A DNA stretch of 64,000 nucleotides from Octopus vulgaris (lineage: Eukaryota), in assembly GCA_951406725.2 (NCBI GenBank), contig OX597815.1, positions 19,158,001 through 19,222,000 on the forward strand. Reading direction: 5' to 3'. Below the pieces are notes generated by a model. The model was not told where the DNA came from and did not search any database. It saw only the letters and a list, made by a program, of their open reading frames with translations. The translations under genes were made by a program, and so were the position numbers. Below are positions 40,270 to 55,384 of this stretch, in pieces. Position 1 is the first letter of the stretch, and each line of letters starts with the position of its first letter.

Positions 40270-40430
40270 CGGGGTATCGATTACCTCGATACAAGTACTT
40301 AACTCATACTTATTTTATCGACTTCCAAAGTATGAAAGGTAAAGTCATCTTTGGCGACATTTAAACTCAAAAAGAAAAGCCACTAAGCATTTTATTCGCT
40401 GCAGAAACAATTCTGCCGGTTCGCCACCTT
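40270..40430 (-). mobile_element. Old family A-related SINE
   Basis: tacttattttatcgac...atgaaaggtaaagtc...ctaagcatttt...ttctgccggttcgccacctt. Confidence 0.65.
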
Positions 40431-42213
40431 CAAAATAATTTCCTAATTCATATCGTTGGTGTATTTATATAGCAACGCTATATAGTTCATGGTCATGGTA
40501 ATGTGTGGGGTTAACAATTTATATAATGGCGATGGGTGATGGTGCCAATAAAATTGTACAGAGAATAGAGCACGAGTTAATATTTCTAAAAGATGCAGTA
40601 AGGAAAATAGTGAAAGAAATGTCATTGAATAACACAATATCTAAAAACATGATTCACTTTACAATTGATCAATCCACTTACGCATAGGTAGGTTGGCGCC
40701 ACGCAGAAAGTATCCCCTCCAGATTCTCGTTTTTCTCATTGCATATAATCTCTATTATGTCCGAGTACTCTTTAAAAGTAGTAACACCAGATTCTTCCGC
40801 CAAGACTTTTCAGCATGTTGTACACTGGTTGAATATATTGTCATAAAGTGCATTGCGTCAGTAAACAATGGTTTTGATTACCTGGATATTGTTCTCCTTT
40901 CTTCTCGTCGTTGAACCCTTTGTCAAGAAAACACTTCCAGTACTTATGTAATCCTTGCATTTTACCACTTCTGGTTATAAGAAGACCTCTTAAACACATT
41001 ATTTGCATGTCAAATTCTGTCCCTTTGCAGGAGGGGTCCTTTTCTGAATGGATATGAGCTTCTTTTCAATGAACAACGATACCTTTTCAAAATTACATGT
41101 CGGTCTACTTCATATTTTATTAAGACTATATAGGACTGAGGTAATTCATCCAGAAGTTATACACAAACAAATAGAAGTGTGCCATATCATGTGAAAAATT
41201 ATGTATCGCAATTACGTAATTATGGAAATAACCATGTTTATGCTCTGAAATAGCTGTTGAGTACATTATACGTGGAATTTCTCCTTTCATTCTAAATATA
41301 TCGTTAAGATTGTTTTAGACAATTATGTATATAGATGCAAATCAGTCCCACCAAGATTTACCGCAAAAAAAAAACAACGTTCTGGGATTATTCAGAAAAG
41401 TGTATGTAGGTCTTTCATATTCAATACAATCTTTGTGTTGCAAGATAATAGGGTGTAATGTGGAGGAGATTTGGCTGTTGTTATGTATTCCCATCTCGTT
41501 TTATTACCGAGCAGACTTACTGTTCTAGACTTAACGATCTATCATTGTTACGAAACAAAACACACAAAACTATATTAAGCAATGTGTTCCTTTATAAGAT
41601 TGGGTTGAGAGTTTGTGTTGGTAAGTATCGTTAATACGTTGAAGGACTAGATGGTGGATGCCTCTTTAATTCAAGAACTACTCATTCATAGATTATCTAT
41701 ATTAAAAGCACGTCTCCAAAATCCCGTTCAAAATTTCCAAATATTGCACTGATTATCCATTGTGGTACTGCATCGCGGTAAATTGGTTTCAATGTGAATA
41801 CATTTATAAGGATTGTTCTAACTGTTTGTTATTGTATTCAAGGACGGGTATATATTACAATTTAGAATTCAGTGTATCTCATGCATATTTTGTGCATGAA
41901 TATCTGCTTTATTAGATTTGCAAAGAAAACATGATATATATTTAAAGTATTTAAAGGTTATATGAGGTGTGACTAATATGATGGGTAAATGAGGAATATA
42001 CAGCAGAATTTTTGAATGCTAAATTATTGGTGATAATATGTATTTATGTACATTTGTATAGAGAAAGGATAAATGTTTTATATTTCTGTGTCGTTAACAT
42101 AATATTCTCCATGTAGGCGAAGATATGCTCGCGCGTGCACATGCAAAAACACATATAGGCACATCGAGGGATGAGAATCTGCGTGTAGGTATGTGTATGC
42201 ATATGTATATATA

Positions 42214-42272
42214 TTTTACTCTTTTACTTGTTTCAGTCATCCGGCTGAGGCCATGCTGGGGCACCGCCCTTA
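42214..42272 (-). mobile_element. Family D SINE 3' tail-only insertion
   Basis: Reverse complement gggcggtgccccagcatggcctcagccggatgactgaaacaagtaaaagagtaaaa. Confidence 0.8.
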
Positions 42273-42283
42273 AGCACGTAGGT

Positions 42284-42326
<43 letters not shown>

Positions 42327-43366
42327 GAAATATATGCATGCTATACATAATACATATTTGAATGAGTACACATAAACACCTATATAAGTATTTTTACATA
42401 TCTACATCTCTATCTCTATCTCTTTCTTTCTCTCTCTCTCTCTCTCGCTCTCTCTCTCTCTCTTTATCTATCTTTTTAGCTATATACATATGTATACATA
42501 TATATACATATATTTTTTGTGAATTCTCTACATATATATTTATATATATATATATATATACAGACACGTACATATACCTTCATATATATATATATATAAA
42601 GGCGTGTGTATGTATACATGTATATGCAAATATTTATGTATATATCAAGATTTATAATAATGCAGTATATATTTATTAGGCATATATATATATATATACA
42701 TACATACATATATGCATACATTCATACATACATGCACATATTGATATACAAGGATATATATATGGATATATATACATTTATTTATACATACACGTATCCA
42801 TAATAATTGTGTATATACATATATCGATATATGGACATACATACGTATGTGTGTCTATGTGTATGTGTGTGTATGTATGTACATATATGTGTGTGTATTT
42901 ACTGTGCATGCACATAGCTACGTTTACCGAATAGATTAATTTGATATTCATTCATTGGGGAATCATTGATATATCAATCGATATATCCAAAGTTTGGTTT
43001 GAAGAGTTTTGAAATACCGTTTTGTAAACCATTTCTATTTCCGTTTTGCTCTTACCGTAATCATTCAATAGATTATCTCTCAGATCTTGCTGACTTCGGA
43101 CTCCGATATTTCTTGCTCCTTTTTTTTTTTTATTTCGTTCCTAAAGAAAATAATAAACAGAATTTTCCGAACCTCAAAATTACTTCAATAGTTCTTTGAA
43201 AATGCTATTGCATATATAATACACATATGCACGTATTACGTCCTGTATGGTGTTCCTTTTAATTTTTCAGCAAACTATATTCATATCTTCTGAAATGAAA
43301 ACTGTTCTAATACGTGCAGGGGTTCGCATTTTTTCATCAGAAATTATTTAAATATATTTCAATGAA

Positions 43367-43566
43367 TTTATTAATTCTCTCCTTTATGATTGTGTATGTG
43401 TAAGTCACTGGTAAATAGTTGTGCACCTTTTGGTTTTTTTCACGTGAATCTATGTATGTGAGCATCAAATTGTATTCACAGTTTGCATGTCAAGATGAAT
43501 GGCGGTGTTGATTTGATCTTCAATATTATGTTAAAGAATTACTCATCAAAGATCATCCAAGCTCTC
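43367..43566. repeat. Left arm of a 200-bp inverted duplication
   Basis: Reverse complement of 45821-46019 with ~3 substitutions and 1 indel. Confidence 0.92.
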
Positions 43567-45245
43567 GTTCAGAGTATTCAGCCATTTATTGCTACAATTA
43601 TTGATCAGTGTCAGTTTTACAATATATTTCATCTATAATTTTGCCGGGCAAAAAATGTTTACGTGTTTTATAGTAAAATGAATAGAATGTTCTCAGCTAT
43701 CTAGAAAAATGCCTACTAAGAGAGTGAAAAAGGTTAATGTGCAGTGAAAATGGTAGATGGGGGTATTAAACGTGACGAATTTCATATTGTAAGGAATGAA
43801 ATGACAGTAAAGTTTGGATCAGAAAAGATAGAATATCAGTTTCAAGGATAAAGACAGAAAGTGCGATTTAACGAGCAGAGAAAGAAATGCGGAAGAAAAA
43901 TGATACACTAGATACTCTGAGGATGAAAGAAAAAGAGAGAAAACCCTTGATAAAGAGAGGAAATAAAAATAAGGTAGAAGTTTAAAAAAGAGCAGTTGAA
44001 GAAGGAAGTGAGACAGAAAAGACGTCTCTATGGAAAGGAAAGGGAGATTTTTTTTAACGTACATGCTAAGAACGCTGAAAAAGTATGAGCAAATCTATGA
44101 AAGAAATCGAATCGTGATAGGAAAGAAACGAAAGATTTTTTTCTGATCTGGAAAATAAATAAAGAAAGAAATTAAGAGATTGACATTGGATTGATAGTTT
44201 GTAAGAAGCTCAGCATTGAAAATTTAAAGATATATGGATATCAAATTGCATAGATACCTGCTTTAGGAATTGCTACTAAGAGAAAGATAACTGTATAAAC
44301 ATATAAAGTCAATTTATCATTACAATTTAGGTATTTCTACTGGTTTTCTTTAATAGTAATATATAGGAATGATTGTCTGAAGAGAATTTCTATGAAAAAA
44401 ATTCGAGATTACGTAGTCGTTCGGGAAACAGATAATATTTAATGAATACAAACATGAATTTGTGTCGTTATTTCGGAGTTAAATTATTATATTTCTTTTA
44501 TAGGAAACACACTTTTCTCCATAGATAATAGGATACGAAATCAACGGAAGTTTGTTAAATTGCATCTTTTGCGGATTTTATATTACAAAAGTTATATTAT
44601 TGTTATTGCTGTAATATATTTACTATTGGTTCAAGCAATTGAGATAAACTATTGTATATCGATCTCAATAATAACGTTTTCAAGGATTTTGTTTCATTCA
44701 AAGAGGAAAGAAACTGGTCATATGATGTCTTACCAGAGCGTTGTAAAATGGCTAATATGCAATAGTGTTCTAATCCTTTATAGTCGCTGACAACTTCACA
44801 ATGTTTCATTTCTAAGAATTCTTATTTCAATACGGTTTTCTTTTTATAAATGTTTCTCTCTTTTCCTTACCTTACGTCTACTCCGTCATCATTTGTCGTT
44901 ATATGAGATATATTTCGTCAATACATCAGTATTGATTATGGAGGACTGTAAATATAGATTAGATGATAGAAAGATAAATCAAGATCTATTTGCAACGATT
45001 GATTGCAATAGTTTTTTTTTTTATTTTAGAGAAACTGTTACACTGGAAATATACATTAGATAATTTTTTTGTGTCAACTCAAATAAACTTGTTTCTCCGA
45101 TGCTAGTAAATAAGGCTGGTGTCATAAATATCTTGAGAACGGTCGGTTGACTTAGGTTTCGCTTTCGCTTTATACATATAAATTGATACACACTAACTTG
45201 TCATGTTATCAGTCATACACAACGGCACACGCGCACACATCATGG

Positions 45246-45296
<51 letters not shown>

Positions 45297-45820
45297 AACA
45301 CACATACAAACACACACGCACATACGTACAAATCGGAAAGTGTATATATTGATATACAAAATTATTCGGGATCATGAATACAAATAAAAATCTGCAGAGA
45401 TTCATACGTACTCGCGTGCATATGTATGTGTGTGTTCATGCGTGTGAGTGTGTGCATAAGTGCATTTAGCGATTAATACTTTCAACATTGAACATAGTAA
45501 GCGTGCGCAAATATAAAGACTCACCTTATCACACCTGTGGTTGTAAAATCAGCTGTATAACTATAACAGAATTCTGAAAGAGATGAAGCTTGACGAGAAA
45601 GGAACATTTCAAATATGCAAAACCTCATGAAGCGTACATATTAAAATTCTCAGCTTATATCTTACTTCATGTGGCTTGATACAATACTCTCTGGTTGGAG
45701 GAAGATAAAGCGGATGAGTACTTATGGTTTGTTTTTAGTTTTCTAGTCTCATACTGCAGCCCTTACAATTGAATTACAGGGTCTACTGAGTTTTAAGCAA
45801 TGAAAATGAGCTCAGTTATG

Positions 45821-46019
45821 GAGAGCTTGGATGATCTTTGATGAGTAATTCTTTAACATAATATTGAAGATCAAATCAACACCGCCATTCATCTTGACAT
45901 GCAAACTGTGAATACATTTTGATGCTCACATACATAGATTTACGTGAAAAAACCAAAAGGTGCACAACTATTTACCAGTGACTTATACATACACAATCAT
46001 AAAGGAGAGAATTAATAAA
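45821..46019. repeat. Right arm of the 200-bp inverted duplication
   Basis: Reverse complement of 43367-43566; directly abuts the RTE fragment. Confidence 0.92.
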
Positions 46020-46392
46020 GCTACAGAAATGTGGTTTTACAGAAAAATGCTTAGAATCTCCTGGGTACAAAGGGTGACGAATTTGGAAGTGTTGAAGAAG
46101 GTGAAAGTTGAGAAACAGTTGATGGATACTATCAGAGAGAGACAGTGGAGATTTGTTGGTCATTTTCTTAGAAAGGTTGACGGAATGGAGCGTTATATTG
46201 TGGAGACTGAGATGGTGGGAAGGAGAGCGAGAGGAAGGCAGATAATGAAGATGTTTGACAAGATGAAGAAGAGAATGAACGTGCAGAGCGAAAAAGCCCT
46301 GGGTGATGTTGCGAGAGGCAGAAATAAATGGAGGAGGAACAAACCATGATTCGTCGACGGCATGACTATGCCATGACACAAGAGAGAGATAG
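46020..46392 (+). mobile_element. RTE-clade LINE 3' fragment
   Basis: ATEMWFYRKMLRISWVQRVTNLEVL...RQWRFVGHFLR...GRRARGRQ...RNKWR, short 3' UTR, AG-repeat tail. Confidence 0.88.
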
Positions 46393-46924
46393 AGATTTCT
46401 ATTTTAAGTGTTGTTTTAAAGCTGTTATATCATTCTCCTTTGTTTATCTAGGTAAATGATTGACTTTCTGCCATCTTTAGTAATGACAATAATTTCAGTG
46501 GGTGCCACTACGTTTGCTTCCTTTACATTTTGCTAACGAGCAACTTCCGCGTCAGCTCCAAATATATGTCGTTCATTCATTGTCTCTGTAACATTAATAA
46601 TCATAATTTTTTAGACGATTACTACCAACGACGATCGCAGACATAGCATAACAAAAAAATATGGGGAGAGCAGAAACATAGAAAGAGAAATTGGCAAATT
46701 CTAGATCACTTTTCTCTTTTCAATGGTCCCCCTCTCCTACCAAATATTATCGAACAAAAATAACAAAAACACTAGACTCCACACGTCCACCCACCACCAT
46801 CATCAGCATCGTGATGATCAGCATTTGAACCAAGATCATTAACACTTCTATCCATTATCACCACTACAACAACGATTACTATCATTATTTTCGGTAGTAG
46901 TAATAATTGCAGTCGAAGTTGCAA

Positions 46925-46957
46925 CAGCAGGAGCAGTTGCAGTAGCAGCAGCAGTAG

Positions 46958-47047
<90 letters not shown>

Positions 47048-47048
47048 A
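46925..47048. repeat. (CAG)n grading into (TAG)n
   Basis: Directly visible. Confidence 0.9.
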
Positions 47049-48067
47049 AAATCAGGCAAAACCTAATGATAGTTTTGGAGAAGGGTATTTATAATTCAAA
47101 GAGATTGTTGCATGAAAAGTTCCTCATTGTATTTTGGTGTGTTTTTGAAACCTTTATAAAAGTCATTCGATAATAGAGAATTAATCGAATATTTGATTCG
47201 CAACGTTTGCAGTAGCAGTTTATCTAATTAGGTATGTTTTGAAGGAGAAGGAGAAAAGAAGCCAGTAGAGCCTAGACTATCCGAATGTGGTGTGGTTACA
47301 TACATTTGGGCAGCATAGTGGATTCTATGGTTCTCTGTAAGTATGTTAGAATTATAATGTGAAACATCAGCTGTGCCAGCAACCCATAGACGAAGGAGGT
47401 TGAAAACACTGAGAGTAAAGAGAATTTATTTGAGGATGAAGTAAAGAAATGTATTTAATGTTCTACTCACCTCGCAGAATCAAGAAGCTAACGAGCAAAT
47501 TGCCAAAATAATACAGAATTAAAGTTAAATGCCTTATCTCTTCAGTTAAAATATTTTCTATTTATTTATGTATTTATCAATTTATTTCTGTAGTTCTCAT
47601 ACTCCAATTCTCTTAGATTTTACTTTATTCTATGATTGCTATTTTTGAAATTTCATGTTTTCGTTTTCTTCTTCATTCGTTCCTTCTCTCTGGCATAATC
47701 ACTACCAAACTATTTTTCCCTTCTAAATTCTCTAAATTCGAATATCTTCTTTGTGTGTGAGTATAGCACTTTTCGAGGAAAGACACGTTAGGTATATTCC
47801 TGTATGTCCCTATAAAGATTAATCGACGTCTTATCACTTCAGAAACATTTGTTCTATCAAGCTATGAACCAAAATGTATTATGTGAGTAAAAGTAAGAAA
47901 ACTATATCAATTTATCCAATATTTTCACGTAAAATAATATTGACGGAAAATAGGTGTATGTTTATCTCAGCTAATAAAGTCTAGTGTTTGTAAAATTTAG
48001 TCATTATATACATAAGTCCTCTTTATATAGTCTTCCCCTTTATATATGCAATCATATACGTAATATA

Positions 48068-48146
<79 letters not shown>

Positions 48147-48150
48147 TATA

Positions 48151-48201
<51 letters not shown>

Positions 48202-48214
48202 CGCACACACACAT

Positions 48215-48247
<33 letters not shown>

Positions 48248-50099
48248 CAGTCATTATAGTATATATGTATTGCTGCGTAGCCCCAGCTTAAAATTAACAT
48301 CATTAACTTTTCAATGTTGTTATATAATTATGTAGTGAAGGCTACAATTAAAATATCTATAAAACCCTTACAAATAATAGTAGTCATTGGCAGGAAGAGA
48401 TATAGCCCATTCAAATATATAGAATGATATTTATTTTCTTAAACTTTTTTCTTCCTTTTTTTGTAAATTGAGTTTAATCGATTCATTTACTCCCCTTCAA
48501 AATCTTTTCGGTTAAAAGTTATTTTTTAATTATTCCTCGCATTTTGAAATCGTTTTTCATTTTCTGAACCATTTTATTAACTGATAAAGAAATACTACAT
48601 CAAGTAAAATCAATTGTTTGCCAATAATTTTCCAATTCTTTCCCGCAGATAATTGTCCAGTTGTAGGGGAGCAGAAATGTAATTTTCAACAAACCAGTTT
48701 TTCAGTTCTTCCAACCTTTCTGTCAATCCAATGATATTTTTCTTTGATTTTTCTTCAAGTTCACACTATTGTTTCAGTTCCTCTCTTTTCTCTTCTTTCT
48801 TTCTCTACACTTCCTACTTTTACTATTCTCTTTCCAAGAGAAATAATTACACAAAAATACATGCAAGTACTTTTCAGCCAATCAGCTAAGGCATTATAGG
48901 TCATATGGCTATGTTTATGTCTTGTATTGGAGCCCAAACAGCAAATCACGTTTGGACTATGTTAGAAGAATGGTGAAAAGAAGGTTCCACGAAAACGTAC
49001 TGGACCCCTACCTGTGGGTAGCCTCTTTGCCCGCAGAGTCGACGCATACATTCCTCGAAAGTTAAGTAGCAATATTTTCTTCCCTAAATTGATATGGTCA
49101 TATAATCTATAGACACGTACATGCTTATACTGATTTACACATGGAACTCTGCCCGTCGAATACACGCGCGCAGGCGTACGAATAGTGTTTATGGCACTAA
49201 TCAGCAGGTTTACAAGAACACATACCCAATAACACACGTACAAATACATACTTACCTCCCAATTATAATATTATAATTAAAATAATTTCCGTTCGAGCGT
49301 TTTGTGTATACACTTGTATATTTTCAAATATTTTTTTTTTTAAAATAAAAATCCATTTTTATTTTTATTTCTTTTTACACAATGAAGCATCAATTAATCC
49401 TGATCATTTTCGTATCAATACATTTTCAATATAGTATTTTAATTAAATGTTTGACTAAATTGATCATTTTAAACCGGATATTTGTTGAATTCCATACCTA
49501 ATGCAAACTCATACAACTTTATTTCTTATGTAAAATATATTCAGATCAAATTATAAAATAATTTAACGGTGACTTGCAATACATGTACATTTTTTGTGAA
49601 GACAATATTATCAGATAGTTTCGAAGAACAACTAAGTTTATTTACCATTTGTAATTAAATACTGGATACAACTGTTAACATACCTATGTACAATTCTTTC
49701 AGTAACATCTATATGTAAAGCAAATATTATATATATTTATGACAAAAGCGAGGCAAATCAAGAACAAAAATAAACTTTTGTTTTAATCGATAAACTTCAG
49801 TAAACTTCAAATGTGCACGCAGTTTACTTATTTTTTCTATATTTTGTCATCTCATTTCTATGTAAATACACCTAACCTATGGGAACAGAATTTTCTGTAA
49901 AGTTCAAATTACATGTTTGGGATAAGTCATTAAGTAAAGGAAACTATTTCTCAAACTTTAAAATTTACAGTGTTTGATCATTTGCTTTTTACGTTGAAGT
50001 TATGGAGTGATGTATGAGTCAGTGAGTCTGTGAGAGTGCACGTGTATATGCATAAACGTAAACATACACACAGCAACCACAGACGCGTATATATGCATG

Positions 50100-50153
<54 letters not shown>

Positions 50154-50245
50154 TATATATATATATATTTATATATATTCATATATATATATATATATAA
50201 ATATATATATATATATCTGTGAGCGTATGTATGTATATGTATATG

Positions 50246-50297
<52 letters not shown>

Positions 50298-50557
50298 TAT
50301 ATGCATATATGTATATATGTATATTCTGCTTATCATTATATATATATATATAAATGTATTTATATATACGTGAGTGTATGTGTGTGCATATGCTTATATA
50401 TATCCATATCCGAACTCAATTTCCAAGCACAAGCAATCTAATTTTAAGATTGTTTCATCTGAGATACATCTACCACGCTGTTAAATGGTAATAACATCAG
50501 GTTACCCACAGGGGGATCGAAAACGGAAATTTCGTTCATTAACAATATGACAATATA

Positions 50558-50604
<47 letters not shown>

Positions 50605-50707
50605 GCATTCATATGTGCATGTAAATATTGATACACATACGCACATGAATACATTTTACATGTATACACCCATGCTCCCACACATATACCTCCGTATGCA
50701 TGTATAT

Positions 50708-50773
<66 letters not shown>

Positions 50774-51041
50774 GCATATATACGTATATATATGTATTAT
50801 ATATTATTTTATATGTGTGTGTATACATATGAAAATATATGTAGCTTTATGTGTGTGTGTGTGTTTTAATCCCAAACACGCTTGGCAAAATGTCGATCGG
50901 AGTTAGATTGGACTACGTGTCTAATTGTTTATGTTTCTTCCAGCATATCGTTGAATTAACAAATAAACTTTTGGTGAAATTGGATGCACGAAAAACACAT
51001 AACTTTGTTGAAACTTATGGCACATGCATATATACATTTAG

Positions 51042-51151
<110 letters not shown>

Positions 51152-51294
51152 CATATATTTACATATGCCTATATATGTATGCAGGTAAATCTATGTATAT
51201 ATATATATTTGTACATGCTTACATAAATACATATGAATATACATATCTTTATATACGAATATATATTTATATATATATATATATTGACATGTCT

Positions 51295-51368
<74 letters not shown>

Positions 51369-51369
51369 G

Positions 51370-51428
<59 letters not shown>

Positions 51429-51429
51429 G

Positions 51430-51477
<48 letters not shown>

Positions 51478-51505
51478 TATAGATAGATAGATAGATAGAT
51501 AGATA
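51295..51505. repeat. (GATA)n array
   Basis: Directly visible; GATG variants recur at 60-bp spacing. Confidence 0.95.
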
Positions 51506-52367
51506 AAGTAATAGGTATATAAAATAATGTCTATGTTTTGATGAATTCTTTAAAATCATCCCTCCAATGACATTTTGCTAATTAAATCTATATTTTTAAA
51601 TGTATTTGCGAAATTTTTACTTCTATATAAATCAGCTAGTTCGTGACTAATAAACTTCTGAATTCTCGCTGGTAAATCATCGTCTATCTTTCCTTGATAT
51701 GAATTCGATCGCTGAAATCAGTGAATATATGAGAGAAGTGTCAAGAGAGACTAATGTTCTTACTATGAATGTTGAAGACACCTTAAATAGCGATATCACC
51801 GTCATTGAACTTGACCTCAAAATGAATTGCATTTATTTGGATTGTCATCAATTTTCCCTGAAGCAACGGTTCGCTTGACAATCACAATTCCGTTTGTATC
51901 TAATAATATTGGTTTAGAATTTCGATTGTGTCATTCTTTCGAAATATCAGTTACTGTTATTACTTTAATAATATCTATAAGAATTCTTTTGACCAAAGTG
52001 TGAATTTCGTAAAGTTAATTTCATAATTTCATTTGCTTTGCCCTCTTAGACATATATAATTGTTTTGAGATTGTTTCAACCGTCTATCTTGCCCCACTAA
52101 CTCTCTAACCACCATATATCTAATTAGCAATTGTATCAATCCAGCTAATAAGTAAGAAATAAATTCCTTCTGAAACTGTCAACATAAATGGTTGTAATGA
52201 AGTATGCGGTGAATCATATCATGTTATCTATCAGTGAATGTTCTATTCTATTCAATACTGTGTGGTAATGCCATGTGGCATTTTCCAATAAGAGAATGAC
52301 AATGGCATCTATATATTTGCTATGAATAATCAGAATATACACATGAACTTAAATTAGATGGACACCC

Positions 52368-52466
<99 letters not shown>

Positions 52467-53193
52467 GGAGTAAATCCAAACTTACAGGGAAAAATTAGAT
52501 TTAGGATTAAATCAAATTTCACAGTATAAATATAAATTAAATTAGATTTTATATTAATTATATTTATTTTTATATTTTGGTTTGTGTTTCACTGTTTGAT
52601 TTGCCTAATAGTGGTTTTATCTCTAATTTAATTTATATATATATACACACACATATATATATGTGTGTGTTTGTATGTGTGTGTGTGTGTATGTATGTAT
52701 TATGCATATTTGTATTATGTATGTATGCATGTATGTATAGCATAATGTTCCGTTATTTGTAGGATCAACAAAAGATCATTCCATCCAGTGAGAGATAAAT
52801 ATCATTTGATAAATCACAGTATTTCAATATCAGCTATTAATAGTTACATGCTGTGGAAACACAATAATTCGGTAGATCTATATAACGTGCGTTGTGGCTC
52901 CAAGCAACCATTGAGGATCGAATATATATATATTTATATATACATATATATGAACACACGCACAGATAATTACATAAGTATGTATGTGTGTGTGTGTGTG
53001 TGTTCGTGTGTGCGTGTGTGCGTGGGTTCATGCGTGGGTTTGTGTGTGTGTGTGTGTGTGGGTGTGGTTGTGTGTGTGTATGTGTGTGTGCGTGTGTGTG
53101 TTTGTGTAAAATATTCCTATGTATTTAAAGATTGGGTGATTGTTGGAATGTAGATATTTTTAATTTAAGTTCGTGACGGAAATGTTTATGATG

Positions 53194-53288
<95 letters not shown>

Positions 53289-53988
53289 AGTAATACTTAT
53301 GATAATTGTTACTGCCGTCGATTTCGATGTGTACGTGTTTGAAAGAAAGGATTGAAAATAAAAGACTTACATATATTTGTGATGGATGTGTGTATGTAAT
53401 TTGAGTCCAGATAAGGATTTGGCTATGAAGTCACAATGGGGGGAAAAATGATGATTTTGATTTTCCCTAGGAATGAACGGATGATGTTGATGATGATGAT
53501 GATGATGATGATGACGATGGTGATGATGATGATGATGATGATTTTGAAAAATTCGACGTTTCAAAGTATAACTAGGACTCATAAATTAGCTGTATATCTT
53601 CAAGTGTGCTTCGGCAAGTGAGTCACAAGTTTACATTGAAAAGCAAACATTCACGCGACAAGGTTGCTTCCCCGGACAAAAACACTCAAGACTTTGATCT
53701 GAAAGCATGGAGAAATGAAAAAGCATAGTTGTTCATAATCAATACAAGATAATTTATAATAAATTGTAAAAAATACATGTCTTTTTTTTTTCTTCTAATG
53801 TCTCCAATCTTTGAATGTAAAACTTTACATGCTGGAGAAGCATCTTTGAACGTTATTGTCGATTATGTCGACACCATTTCTTATTTCAGTCTGTCCCGAT
53901 TTTATAGCAAAATGTCGAGCGGCTAAGTTATCAATTTTAGCGCAAGGCAACACAAAGTCTTCTTAACCGGAAAATAAACTCTCTCACG

Positions 53989-54045
<57 letters not shown>

Positions 54046-54075
54046 ATATATACGTGCGTTGTGTCTCCAAGCAAC

Positions 54076-54266
54076 ATCGTTAGCCACTACACACATTTTT
54101 TCTCTCCTTGTTTCTCTCCTTCTTTTTTCTGTGTCCCTTTTTGTAGAAGAGCGTAGGCTCGAAACGTAAAAGACTTTTTCTATTCCTGAGCGTTATACTA
54201 ACACATCTGTTTGTTTTGTACACCACCTATCTTCGTCTTTTGTTTTTTTTTTCGTAAACTCTCCCT
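54076..54266 (+). mobile_element. Penelope-like pseudo-LTR with hammerhead-like motif, copy 1
   Basis: cttt-TTGTAGA-A-GAGC-gtag-GCTC-GAAA-CG-TA-aaag; ends aaactctccc then (TA)n. Matches 57435-57604. Confidence 0.65.
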
Positions 54267-54314
54267 ATATATATGTGTATGTGTGTGTGTGTGTGTGTTT
54301 GTGTAAAATATTCC

Positions 54315-54345
<31 letters not shown>

Positions 54346-54850
54346 TGTATATATATATGAGTGCGTATTGAACGGTTCACGCAAAATTACATATGTGAAA
54401 GTAACAACTAATCACTGGTGTGATTACGGAGTTCAAATATGTGGGTATTTATAAACACTGCGAATCCACCTGGTTATATAGAGCTTCGATATTACCCTAT
54501 CCAGAAGTCTGAAGACTGATCTTCCCGTGGAAACAGCTTTCTATAAATACACATTCACGCACATACGCAAATCTGAGTGTGTATAAGGATGTATATATGT
54601 ATGTATGTATGTATTTAGTTATGTAAATAGGTAGGTAGGTAGGTGGAGGGATAGGTAGGGAGGGAAGGAAGGAGTTAGGGAGGGAGGTAGGTAGATACTA
54701 CGTATGTATGTATGTTATTTTTCAGTTTTATTTTAAGATCTCTTGCACATAAAGAGCCGCTTTGTAACCTAGATCCAAGGCACCTTTGGATTTTGACATC
54801 ACAAGTATGATTTTTGTACGTGTATATATGTGCAGCATTTGGGGTCGGTA

Positions 54851-55235
54851 CTTACTCTTTTACTCTGCTGGAGCACCGCCTTTAGTCGAACAAATATACC
54901 CCAGGACTTATTCTTTGTAAGCCTAGTACTTATTATATCGGTTTCTTTGCCGAACCGGTAAGTTACGGGGACGTAAACACACCAGCATCGGTTGTCAAGC
55001 GAAGTTGGGGTGGACAAACACAGACACACAAACATATACACACACACACATACATATATATACAAATATACGATGGGCTTCTTTTCAGTTTCCGTCTACC
55101 AAATCCACTCACACGGCTTTGGTCGGCCCGAGGCTATAGTAGAAGACACTTGCCCAAGGTGCCACGCAGTGGGACTGAACCCGGAACCATGTAATTTCTA
55201 AGCAAGCTACTTACCACACAGCCACTCCTACACCT
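54851..55235 (-). mobile_element. Family D SINE
   Basis: Reverse complement of 55872-56293, with a small deletion in the tail. Confidence 0.9.
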
Positions 55236-55384
55236 AGGAGATTTATATGTTCTGTTTTATATATGTATTCTCATGCATATATCGTTGCATTTCTAGTCAT
55301 GCGCAAATATACTTTTGTAAAGTTTTTGCAAATTTTACAATTCCAGCGACGGCTTGGATCTGTAGTATTTGAATTAGCTTTCTT

